A stretch of DNA of 64,000 nucleotides from the human T2T-CHM13v2.0 reference genome, Homo sapiens: assembly GCF_009914755.1 (NCBI RefSeq), contig NC_060943.1; one strand, given 5' to 3'. Shown here piece by piece: positions 14,624-52,391 of the stretch (positions are counted from its first letter, which is position 1; every line of letters begins with the position of its first letter). Under the pieces are notes generated by a model. The model was not told the DNA's origin. It searched no databases and saw only the letters and a program-made list of their open reading frames with translations. Both the position numbers and the translations under genes were made by a program.

Positions 14624-15764
14624 TAAAATTGGGAGTAAAATGGGACCTACTTTTTAGAGTTGTGGGGATTAAATGAATTAAAGTTCCTAGACCAGGGTCT
14701 GACCCTTGTCAGCTTTTTAAAAGCATCAGCTATGATGATGATTATTTAATCATCAGAAACTTGTGCTGTTTAAAGGATATTAAAAGAGCCAGCAGCATGT
14801 GGGCACTAATGACATGCAGGCACTCTGTCCCAAGCGTTAAATCATTCAGTCCCCGCAATGCCCTTCTAGGGCACATGCTCTTATCATCCCCATTGTTCAG
14901 AGAGGTAGAGACGCTTGCCTAAGGCTGCACAGCAAATCAAGGTGGAAATGGAACCCAAGACCCAAAATCAGGTTTTTGACTAGGGAAGAGTCAGGGGGAA
15001 AAACAAAGATGAAAGATGGGGAAGGAGAAAACAGCGGCAAAGCTGAGAAAGGTGAGAGTAAGGCAGTGGCACAGACACAGAGGCACGGCTGGCGGCTTGG
15101 GGAGAGGCAGGTGGCTGGCTCTCCTGCTGAATGAGGAAGTGGCTGGGAGCAAGGCCCAAGGGAGGCCACCCCAAGGAGACGGGGACTTCTAGCCCCCAGC
15201 TGGAGCCTGGGGCTGGGGAAGGAGGAACCTGAGGTTAGGGTGCTGGAGGATGAGACAGCTGCAGGAAGCCCCCCTCCCCCATCCACACGTCACACCCACC
15301 GCTCCTTGGGCCTGGGCTTAGGAGAAAAAAGGGGAAACTGGATTCTGGTCACAGGGCAGATGCCCAGTGGCCTGTGGGGGAAGGGAGGAGAGGAGATTTG
15401 GAGCCTGGAGGAGGGTCAGGTCCCAGCTCAGCCCACGGTCACCACTGTTCAGGCCTGGCTGAGTCCCCTCCCTTAAAAACCCAAGCCTCTCCCATTGTGT
15501 CTAGAGCGAGCATGGAGGGAACAGACCCTGTAGGTCCTCCCGGGCACACCAGGCCACCCAATGTGTTGGAGCAGAGTGGGCGAGGGGGCAGTCAGAGACC
15601 AGAGCAGGGCTCTGAGCCAGGAGGGCCCTGACCTGACTCAGGGGTTCACAGGTTCCCTCCGGCCGCAGGTGGGGAGCAGACTGTGGAGGCAGGGACTGGA
15701 GCAGGGAGGCCAGGCTGCTGGGATATTTGTGAGGATATTGTGAGGTCTATTAGAATAATGCCTG

Positions 15765-29880
<14,116 letters not shown>

Positions 29881-30223
29881 TAAATAAATAATTTATGGCG
29901 TCATAAAAATCCTTGTAATGAAATCTTTTCCTACTTGCTGGAGTACTTCCAGGAAGTAAATTCCTAGAAGTAGAAATAATGGAACAACAGATATGCGCAT
30001 TTTCAGGCTTTGGATGCAGGCTGCCCAGTTCTTCCGAAAGGTCATCCTCGTTTGCAGCCAGCAATGGGAGTGGGGTCTCCCATGTCGCTGTGCTCTCCTT
30101 GGCTATAGGGAACCAGATTTCTGATATCTTTGCTGATTTGACGGCAAAGAGGAGGGTTTCAGTACTTCAAGTTCAGTTATTACTGGTGGTAAACTTGGCT
30201 TTGATCAATTTCAGCTATTTGTA

Positions 30224-30563
30224 TTTCTTTTGTGATCTGTCTTTTCCTCTCATTTGCCCATTTCTCTTTTGGCTGATTGGCTTCTCATATTAAATTTATT
30301 AATGTTTTCATTACCTTAAGGATGTTAACTATTTTTTTCTTTTGTGATCTGTCTTTTCCTCTCATTTGCCCATTTCTCTTTTGGCTGATTGGCTTCTCAT
30401 ATTAAATTTATTAATGTTTTCATTACCTTAAGGATGTTAACTATTTTTTTCTTTTGTGATCTGTCTTTTCCTCTCATTTGCCCATTTCTCTTTTGGCTGA
30501 TTGCCTTCTCATATTAAATTTATTAATGTTTTCATTACCTTAAGGATGTTAACTATTTTTCTT
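30224..30563. repeat. 112-bp tandem repeat, 3 near-identical copies
   Basis: TGTGATCTGT recurs at 30231, 30343 and 30455. Confidence 0.97.
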
Positions 30564-30584
30564 GTTTTCCTTTAAAAAAATTTT

Positions 30585-37040
<6,456 letters not shown>

Positions 37041-37249
37041 GCTTTAAAAGGGGGACTGCTGTGAAAAAGAGAAAAAAGTAGGGAAATTGTGTGTTTTTTC
37101 CCCCCAGGATCGAAGCGCCTTTAACAGGCTCCACAGCTGACAAGGACGTTGGGATGCAAGAGAGTGAGAAGGCGCCAGGGTGGCTGCAGGGCACATTCAA
37201 TAGTCGGTCTAGCTCTTGCTCCCGCGGCTGCCTTCTCTGCAGCTCTGGA

Positions 37250-37720
37250 GGCTGCAGCTTCTGGTCCTGGACCGGGACTTAGGTCCACACCCACGTGCTG
37301 ACGTCGGGCAGGCTCAGCGGCCTCCCGCGCCTGCGCAGCACCGCCCTTTTCGGGCGCGGCGCCCAGTCCCTACACCCCACAATCCCCCGCGCCGTTCCGG
37401 AGGCGCGCTAGGAGTGGGTGTGGCCTCTGCCTCCACATTGGAACAAGGTGAGGCAGAGGGTGTCGCGTGGTCTTCTGGGAAATGTAGTTCGTCTGCCAGG
37501 CCGGAACCACCGCTCAACCGGCTCGCGAGACTATGCACCCCACAATGCGCCGCGCGCGCAGCGGCTAAGCGATGCGTTGCTGCCTCCACGTGGTGGCTGA
37601 GTGATCATGCTCCGGTTTGGGAATGGGGCCCAGAAGGGTAGGGTTAGGGGCGGGGACGGTGCTGGGGATGCTGAGGGTCGCCCTGGAAACCTCTGGGAAG
37701 ATTTTCCAGAGGGTAAGTCC
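37250..37720. promoter_or_regulatory. Orphan CpG island with promoter-type motifs
   Basis: CpG-rich; two ZNF143-type motifs, CTCGCGAGA, NRF1, CRE-like, E-boxes, ETS; no adjacent recognised CDS. Confidence 0.7.
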
Positions 37721-38318
37721 CCTGAACCTGGCCCACGAAAGGGTAGTAGTAATGAAGAAATTGGAGGTGGGGCCCGCTATGAGGACCGAATGACAGAGCA
37801 GCACCTGTTGGCTGCATATGATAATCAGGCTACTGTTACACCTAAGACTCACACAGTAGGCACTTCCTAGGCCACTTACCGCTCCCTGCGCTTCAGGTAT
37901 CTTAGCCCATTCAATCCTCCCAGCCACCATTCGAGATATTATCAGCCCTCCTTTCTAGGAGTGAAGCTGAAGCCCAGAAACGCGAATCACTTGCTCAAAG
38001 TTATTCAACATGTCAGTGGCAGAGCTGGGATTTGAACTAGGCTGTCGGGCTACCAAGTCTGGGCTCTTCTTCATAGGAATATCTCATCACCCTATTCAGT
38101 TATCCTAAAATTGTAATTAGCACATGAATCAAGTCAAGATGGTCATTAACATGTGAATCTCTTTGAGTCGCTGATTACCAGCGCTTGTTCCTGCCCAAAT
38201 TTGTGACTTAGACCTGCTTCAGGACAAAGTTGACAATCAACATAGATTTATAGTTAGCACATGAATCAGCACAGGTTTCTGTTCACAGGGATCAGATTTC
38301 TGATTAGCACTTGAATCA

Positions 38319-41463
<3,145 letters not shown>

Positions 41464-42049
41464 TAATCCCAGATGGCACAAGTTTTCCCTCTTGCAGGCA
41501 GAGAAAGGAGCCTTGGGAAGGAGCCCCTCTGGCCTGAAAGATCAAGCCTATTGCTGGGCATGGCCAGGTAAGGAAACTCCAACCGTGGAAAGGACATTCC
41601 AGGGAGGTGGTGCTGAGATAAGGGGGGCAGAAAGAGACAGGTTTGGGGGGCCAGTGGCTCTGGAATGAAGCGCTACACTCAAGGCTAGGAATAGTTACTG
41701 AATGCACATACACACATACCATTCTCACAGCCCAGGTGCTGCGTCTTAGAGCGTGTGAGTGTGTATGTGTGTGTCTGTGTGTGCGCGCGCACGCACGTCT
41801 CTATCTCTGTTTCTGTCTTTCTCTGACTTGTCCTTATCTCTTGTCTCTCCATCACTCTCTGTGTCTCGCTGTCTCTGTGCATTTCCATGTCTCGAATATG
41901 TGTGTGTTTCAATCTGTCTCTCTGCCTCTTTCCATTTTCTCCTCTCTATCCATCAATCTAAGCCTGCCCATCTTTTTGTCTGCCTTTCTGTATCTCCGTT
42001 CTTCTCTGTCTCTCTGTCTCAGTCTCTCTGTATCCAGGGATTCTCTTTC

Positions 42050-42540
42050 CCAGCAGCGCCAGTGCGACTCCATGGGAGGTGGGGCCGGGGCGCGTCTTTG
42101 AGAGAAGGGGCGGGTGCCTACGCCTTTAAGCGCGGGTGCGCGCGGAGCCTGCGCCTTTAAGCGCCGGTGCGCGCGCTGCCCTGGGTTCCCGGCGAGGAGG
42201 CCGCGGGAGCGCCTGGACCCGGCCCGCCCAGCCCGGCCCCCGCCCGGCCCCCGCCTCGGCCCCGGCGGGGGAGGGGTCTCTGAGCGCGGCCCCTCCCCCC
42301 TGCGCCCCCGCCTGCGCTGCGGTGCCCCCATCCCGCGTGTCCCAGTCTGTCTGACCGTCCCTCCGCTCCCAGGCCTCGCCCCACCCGGCCCTGGGGCTGC
42401 CCGGTCGCCCCCCTCCCCACCGCAGCCGGTCCCCTCCCTCCCAGTCAGCCTCCGCCGCAGCCCAGGAAGCCAGCCGGGACGCCGCCGCCCCGGACCCCGC
42501 GCCCTAACCTCCACCTCGGGGGCCTGCACCCCCAGATTGA
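42050..42540 (+). promoter_or_regulatory. LRFN3 CpG-island promoter
   Basis: Very GC- and CpG-rich, GC boxes, duplicated CCTTTAAG element. Confidence 0.8.
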
Positions 42541-43340
42541 ATCGGGAATTCCGGAAACCCGAGCCTGGAACCCTGATCTGGGACCAGCACCCCGAGATCC
42601 GGCCGTGGAACCCCAAGATCTGGAGCCTGAACCCCAGTATATGGGGCTGGAATCTCAACATCGGTCACTGGGACCTCAATATTTGGAGCCGGAACCCCAC
42701 AATTTGGAACACAGACCCCAATATTTGGAGCAGAACCCCAAGATTTGACATCTAAAACCTCAAGCCTGGAGCTGAACTCTGAATTCTGGGCCTGGGACCT
42801 TGAAATCTGGGACTGGATTTCCAGTACTGTACCCTGGAACCCACTCTTGGGGACCTGAACCCTGGGATTCAGGCCTCAAATTCCAAGATCTGGACTGTGG
42901 GATTCCAAGGGGCCTGAACCCGAGTTTGGGCCTGAAGTCCTTGCTGCAGACCTGAGTGCTTAAATCTGGGGCTTGAGACCTCCCAATCTTGACTCAGCAC
43001 CCCAATATCTGAATGCAGAACCCCGGGATCGGATCTCAGACTCTAAACCCCACCGTTTGGCTGCTTAGCATCCCAAGACTGGACCTGGGAGACCCTGACC
43101 CTGAACAACCCAAACTGGACCCGTAAAACTGGACCCTAGAGGCCCAATATTTAGGGGTCTGGAACCCCGAGTATTAAGGTCTGGAGACTCCGTTGCCACA
43201 GATTTGAGCCGAGTCAGGACACAGTCCCTCTACAGAAGCCTTGGGGACAGGAAAAGCATGACCAGATGCTCCCTCCAGAGCCCTGACCTCTGACTCCCCT
43301 GGAGCTAGGACTCTGCTCCCTGGGGCTGCTTCTAGCTCAG
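42140..43340 (+). other. LRFN3: LRFN3 5' non-coding exon 1 (start approximate)
   Basis: Begins in the CpG island and ends at a consensus donor CAG|GTAAGG; matching acceptor ccgcag|GAC at 45195, 16 nt before the ATG. Confidence 0.7.
42560..43190 (+). repeat. Degenerate ~21-bp tandem array, consensus ~GGAACCCCAAGATCTGGAGCC
   Basis: Clear 21-nt period over 42585-42750, decaying downstream. Confidence 0.8.
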
Positions 43341-44044
43341 GTAAGGCTGCTGAAACCTCAAGGTGGGGACGGGCTGGGAGGAGCATTGTGGCTGCGGGTT
43401 ACGGTACCAGGTACCCTTTGACACTCTTGGGGTTTCTCCAGAAAAAAAGACATTCCCCCATGGGTCTGCCTTCAGCTCCTGCTCTGCTCCAAACACTCTC
43501 TGGACACTGGCCATCCTTGCCCCTCTCTGACCTTCCCTGCCTCAGTTGATGGGACCTCCAGGTCTCTGACCCCTGCAACCCTTACAGCCTTTCGCTGTCT
43601 ATCCGGTCCGACCGTCTCCGCCACCTCTCTTGTCCACCACTCCTCTCTCTGGGCTCCTTTCTCCACCTGTCCTCTCAATGGCCATCTCTGTTCCCTTTTT
43701 CTCTCTCTGATCATCTTTGTGACACCCCTGTCCACAGGTCCTCTCTCCAGTCGCCTCTGCCTGCTGCTTCTCAGTGACCATCGCTGACATCTGTGTCCAC
43801 TGTGCCTCTCTCTAATCATCATTCACCAGCTCTCTTGCTCCTTCTCCACCCCTGAATCTAAGCCTAGGTCTGTGACCGTCCCCATCCATCTTTGACATTG
43901 CTGTCCACCACTCTTCTCTCCAGCAGCCTCTGTCCATCTCTCCTCTCTAGCTTCCTCTGGCCACCTTTCCCTTTCTCTGGCCATCTCTCCCACTGCTCTT
44001 GCCCTCCTCCCACCCCTGACCCTAACTCCCAGTCTGCAACTGTC

Positions 44045-44345
44045 TGACCATCTCTGGCCACCTCTCCTCTCTCTCTCACTCACTGATGCCCTCTGATCAT
44101 CTCTGGCCACCTCTTCTCTCTCTCTCACTCATTGATGCCCTCTTGATCATCTCTGGCCACCTCTTCTCTCTTTCTCACTCACTGATGCCCTCTTGATCAT
44201 CTCTGCCCACCTCTTTTCTCTCGCTCGCTGATGCCCTCTGATCATCTCTGGCCACCTCTTCTCTCTCTCTCACTCACTGATGCCCTCTGATAATCTCTGG
44301 CCACCTCTCCTCTCTCACTTGCTGATGCCCTCTGATCATCTCGAA
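44045..44345. repeat. ~47-bp minisatellite, ~6 copies (TGATCATCTCTGGCCACCTCTTCTCTCTCTCACTCACTGATGCCCTC)
   Basis: Direct reading of successive units. Confidence 0.92.
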
Positions 44346-45210
44346 CATCTCTGCTGCCTTTCCTCTCTCCGATGACCTCTCCCCGCACCATCCTCCTGAG
44401 CAGCTGTCCTGGGCTCCCACTGACTCTGCCATGTCTGTCCTTTTCCTCCTCTCTGACCACCTTGCTGGCTTTGGGCCGTTTCTGACCACGTGTCTCTGAC
44501 ATGGTCATCTCCCCCAGATCTGAGCCCAACCCATGCCCTCCCTTCTCTTTGTCCACTGCTCATCTTCCTGACCATCTGTAACCCCTTCTCTTCTCTGGTC
44601 ATATCTGACCACTTCTGATCATTGTTGCCACCCTGGCTGCCCCGTCTCCCCATGGCCAGCTTTTACCATCTCTGACCACGTCTAAAGCCCTCTGGTTTTC
44701 CTGCCACTCACCCAGACCAGCTGTCATTTCTCTGACCATTTCTTTACTTTTTTCTTTTGGAGAGACAGAGTCACGCTCTGTTGCCCAGGCTGGAGTGTGG
44801 TGGCGCAATCATAGCTCACTGCAGCCTCAAATTCTTGGGCTCAAATTGATCCTCCCACCTCAGTGTCCCATGTAGCTAGGACCACAGGTGGGCGCCACCA
44901 TGCCTAGCTAATTTTTAAAAATTTTTGTATAATAGATACACGGTCTCACTTTGTTGCCCAGGCTGGTCTTGAACTCCTGGCCTCAAGCCATCCTCCTGCC
45001 TCAGCCTCCCCAAATGCTGGGATTACATGTGTGAGCCACCGCGCCTGGCCTTCCTCTGGCTTTTGGTCACATCTGACGGTCTTTGACCAGCCCTTCTGCC
45101 CTCAGCCCACTGTGACCTTCTCTCCTGGTCTCAGACCACCCCCAGCCCCTGCAGAACCCCTCTTCTGCCCTCACGCCTCCCCTCTTCTCCGCAGGACACC
45201 CCTGCCCGCG

Positions 45211-46625
45211 ATGGCCATCCTCCCGTTGCTCCTGTGCCTGCTGCCGCTGGCCCCTGCCTCATCCCCACCCCAGTCAGCCACACCCAGCCCATGTCCCCGC
45301 CGCTGCCGCTGCCAGACACAGTCGCTGCCCCTAAGCGTGCTGTGCCCAGGGGCAGGCCTCCTGTTCGTGCCACCCTCGCTGGACCGCCGGGCAGCCGAGC
45401 TGCGGCTGGCAGACAACTTCATCGCCTCCGTGCGCCGCCGCGACCTGGCCAACATGACAGGCCTGCTGCATCTGAGCCTGTCGCGGAACACCATCCGCCA
45501 CGTGGCTGCCGGCGCCTTCGCCGACCTGCGGGCCCTGCGTGCCCTGCACCTGGATGGCAACCGGCTGACCTCACTGGGCGAGGGCCAGCTGCGCGGCCTG
45601 GTCAACTTGCGCCACCTCATCCTCAGCAACAACCAGCTGGCAGCGCTGGCGGCCGGCGCCCTGGATGATTGTGCCGAGACACTGGAGGACCTCGACCTCT
45701 CCTACAACAACCTCGAGCAGCTGCCCTGGGAGGCCCTGGGCCGCCTGGGCAACGTCAACACGTTGGGCCTCGACCACAACCTGCTGGCTTCTGTGCCCGC
45801 CGGCGCTTTTTCCCGCCTGCACAAGCTGGCCCGGCTGGACATGACCTCCAACCGCCTGACCACAATCCCACCCGACCCACTCTTCTCCCGCCTGCCCCTG
45901 CTCGCCAGGCCCCGGGGCTCGCCCGCCTCTGCCCTGGTGCTGGCCTTTGGCGGGAACCCCCTGCACTGCAACTGCGAGCTGGTGTGGCTGCGTCGCCTGG
46001 CGCGGGAGGACGACCTCGAGGCCTGCGCGTCCCCACCTGCTCTGGGCGGCCGCTACTTCTGGGCGGTGGGCGAGGAGGAGTTTGTCTGCGAGCCGCCCGT
46101 GGTGACTCACCGCTCACCACCTCTGGCTGTGCCCGCAGGTCGGCCGGCTGCCCTGCGCTGCCGGGCAGTGGGGGACCCAGAGCCCCGTGTGCGTTGGGTG
46201 TCACCCCAGGGCCGGCTGCTAGGCAACTCAAGCCGTGCCCGCGCCTTCCCCAATGGGACGCTGGAGCTGCTGGTCACCGAGCCGGGTGATGGTGGCATCT
46301 TCACCTGCATTGCGGCCAATGCAGCTGGCGAGGCCACAGCTGCTGTGGAGCTGACTGTGGGTCCCCCACCACCTCCTCAGCTAGCCAACAGCACCAGCTG
46401 TGACCCCCCGCGGGACGGGGATCCTGATGCTCTCACCCCACCCTCCGCTGCCTCTGCTTCTGCCAAGGTGGCCGACACTGGGCCCCCTACCGACCGTGGC
46501 GTCCAGGTGACTGAGCACGGGGCCACAGCTGCTCTTGTCCAGTGGCCGGATCAGCGGCCTATCCCGGGCATCCGCATGTACCAGATCCAGTACAACAGCT
46601 CGGCTGATGACATCCTCGTCTACAG
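45211..46625 (+). CDS. LRFN3: LRFN3/SALM4 coding exon: signal peptide, LRRNT, LRRs, LRRCT, Ig, start of FN3
   Basis: gcgATGg start [11 protein letters not shown]; CPRRCRC; LxxLxLxxN repeats; NPLHCNC; donor AG|GTGCAG. Confidence 0.97.
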
Positions 46626-46719
46626 GTGCAGGGTCCAGGCACTGGGGTAGCTTGGGTGGGGGAGTGAGGCAAGGGGAGGGTTGAGGGTACACCTACTAAT
46701 ACCCTACACCGAAGCACAA

Positions 46720-47275
46720 CTGATAAGTGATGCTGGAAGGTTCCAAAAGAAATCAGAGAGCAAAAGTAAAAGAAATCAGGCAGCAAGGATAACAAGACTC
46801 TGGCAGAAAGGGTCAATGAAATCTGACAGCAGTGATAAAAAGAAGTCAGACAAGAAGGACGAAGTAAATGAGACAGCAAATGTTAAAATATATCAGGCTA
46901 CAGGGCTAAAAAAGATCAAGCAATAAGGATAAACGAAATCAGGCTGCATGAGTAAAAAGAAATTAGGCAGCAAGAATAAATAGTAGTAGCAAACATAAAA
47001 AGGAAACCAGGCAGCGGGAGGAGAAAGTAATCAGGGCAGAAGAATAAAATGTTAATGGGCAAGGGTGGGTGGGGAAGATAAGGGGATAAAAATAAATTTA
47101 AGTTGTAAAGATAAAGAGAGAAACACCAGGTTTTCCAGATGACAGGACTAGATACTAGCTGGGCTGCAGGAAGAAAAGGAGATCAAACAGGAAAGCACAG
47201 GGAGCCCAGAAACAATGAAATAAGCAGCTCTGTTAGAAAAAGAAATCAGACCAGAGGTTAGAAGGAAATTGCAGG
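46720..47275. repeat. Degenerate ~23-bp purine-rich array (~AAAGAAATCAGGCAGCAAGGATA)
   Basis: GAAATCAG-like core recurs about every 23 nt. Confidence 0.75.
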
Positions 47276-47342
47276 GAGGAGGTTCGATAGAGACTGGGCT
47301 TCGGTGTGTGTGGTGTGAACTATTCCATGTTTCAAGTTCTAA

Positions 47343-48890
<1,548 letters not shown>

Positions 48891-48939
48891 TCACCCTGCC
48901 CCAGGCGGCCACGGAGTTCCCTGTACCTCTCTCATTAGA

Positions 48940-50250
<1,311 letters not shown>

Positions 50251-50332
50251 GCCCCGCAGGGAGTTTGGTGGGGGAAGCACAGGTTGGGGGCTGGGCAGCC
50301 TGAGACCTGACCCCCACCTGCCTGCCCTGCAG

Positions 50333-50804
50333 GATGATCCCGGCGGAGAGCCGCTCGTTCCTGCTGACGGACCTGGCGTCAGGCCGGACCTACGATCTGT
50401 GCGTGCTCGCCGTGTATGAGGACAGCGCCACGGGGCTCACGGCCACGCGGCCTGTGGGCTGCGCCCGCTTCTCCACCGAACCTGCGCTGCGGCCATGCGG
50501 GGCGCCGCACGCTCCCTTCCTGGGCGGCACGATGATCATCGCGCTGGGCGGCGTCATCGTAGCCTCGGTACTGGTCTTCATCTTCGTGCTGCTAATGCGC
50601 TACAAGGTGCACGGCGGCCAGCCCCCCGGCAAGGCCAAGATTCCCGCGCCTGTTAGCAGCGTTTGCTCCCAGACCAACGGCGCCCTGGGCCCCACGCCCA
50701 CGCCCGCCCCGCCCGCCCCGGAGCCCGCGGCGCTCAGGGCCCACACCGTGGTCCAGCTGGACTGCGAGCCCTGGGGGCCCGGCCACGAACCTGTGGGACC
50801 CTAG
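50333..50804 (+). CDS. LRFN3: LRFN3 last coding exon: end of FN3, transmembrane helix, tail without PDZ motif; spliced CDS 1887 nt = 628 aa
   Basis: Acceptor ccctgcag|G; hydrophobic [23 protein letters not shown]; TAG at 50802. Confidence 0.97.
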
Positions 50805-52385
50805 CCAGGCGCCCCCCCCTCTAAGGGTCCTCTGGCCCCACGGACAGCAGGACCCGGACACCCTGTGGGACCTGGCCTCAAACTCACCAAATCGCTCATG
50901 GTTTTTAAAACTCTGATGGGGAGGGTGTCGGGGACACCGGGGCAAAACAAGAAAGTCCTATTTTTCCAAGCTTGGGCGAAGACCCTTGCCCTCGTCTCTG
51001 TCTATGGGGGTTGGGGGACGGAGCAGGGGTCTGGAGCTGGGGAATGCCTCCTTTGGGGAGACACCCCCTCCCCGCCCAGTTCAGTCTGAGGACCCCGGAG
51101 GAGGCTGAGGATGGCGATCCATTCAGACAATAGATGTTCCCTGCGTGTCGGCTCTGAGCATGCCCTGGGTTGGGGGATGCTGTGGTGATCCAGATAGCCC
51201 TGAGCCCTGCCCGCAGGGGCCTAAAGTCAAATGGGAGACAGACACATCCCCAGACAGTGATAGCACAGAGTGACCAGGGATGTGGGGATGAGGGAAGCCT
51301 GGGGGATTGTGACAGTCCAGAAGAGGTACCCTTGCTCAGCCCCAGGTGTGGTCAGGGAGGGCTTCCTGGAGGAGGACACATGTGATCTGAGAATGACATA
51401 TGAAGGAGATAACTGGGCAAAGAGCAGAAGGAAAGCTCTTTCAGGCAGAGGGCACAGCACAAGCAAGGTGGTGGTGTGCCCTGGGCACTGGGGGTGCTAT
51501 GGTAGAGGTGAGGCAGGAGGGTTGAGCAGGGTCTAGGACCTCCAGGCTGAGGAGCTCAGACTCTGGCCTGATGATACCAGGGAGCCATGGAGGGTTGTAT
51601 GCAAGGGAGGAATGGGGTCAGTTTGGGGCTTCAGGAAGATCCTTCTAGTGCTATGAGTAGGGTGGACCCAAGGGGAAGACTGAAGCTGGGAGCCCCAGGG
51701 GAAGCTGGGGCAGGGACCTGGGTGGGTGAGGACGAAGTTGGACCAGCTGGGCTAGGGAACAAGAAAAGGGAGTGGGTTGACAGAGACACTCGGGAAACTG
51801 TGGGAAGCTGAGGCGGTGGGTTATGGAGCTGCGGGGCCATGGGGTGGGGCAGGAAGATGGTGGGGACTGCCCTCATATAGGACCAGGGAGGAGGAGCAGG
51901 TTTGGGAAAGATGATATGGCCAGTGGGGAACTTGGTAGGTGTAGGGGGCCCTGAGGATGTCCAGGATGTGGCATTCAGGAGGGTGCAGGACCCCTGGTCT
52001 GAGGCTGAAGCTGGAAATAGAAATGAGGGCTTTGTCAGCAGAGATGGGAACTGACGCTGCTGGGGTTAAGACGGCTTCTTGTGGGGGATGATTCCAAGTC
52101 CCCACTATGGGACATTTTTTCTTTTTTCTTTTTTTTTTTTACAGATGGGGTCTCACTATATTGCCCAGGCTGATCCCAAACTGGCCTCAAGTGATCCTCC
52201 CGTCTCAGCCTCCTGAATTGCTGGGATTACAGGCATGAGCCACTGCCCCTGGCTAGGGACTTTCCATATTTAAGGGTGACGCAAAGAAAAACCTAACCAA
52301 GACTAAACAGGACCAGCAGGCAGAGGGACAGGGGGAAGAAGACCAAGCAATTCAGACCCAAGAAACTCTTGTGTTCAATGATATA

Positions 52386-52391
52386 AATAAA
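52386..52391 (+). terminator. Probable LRFN3 polyadenylation signal AATAAA
   Basis: First canonical AATAAA I found after the stop codon. Confidence 0.55.

Noticed and set aside
44045-44345. Repeat arrays here and at 30224-30563 considered as CRISPR-like
   Set aside because: Units are head-to-tail with no unique spacers, there are no cas genes, and the DNA is primate
45031-45210. Apparent 60-aa N-terminal extension of LRFN3
   Set aside because: Starts at a GTG inside an Alu and lies mostly upstream of the acceptor at 45195; the signal peptide begins at ATG 45211
45131-46337. Overlapping alternative-frame and antisense ORFs within the LRFN3 coding exon
   Set aside because: Expected shadows of very high GC3 codon usage; no recognisable domains
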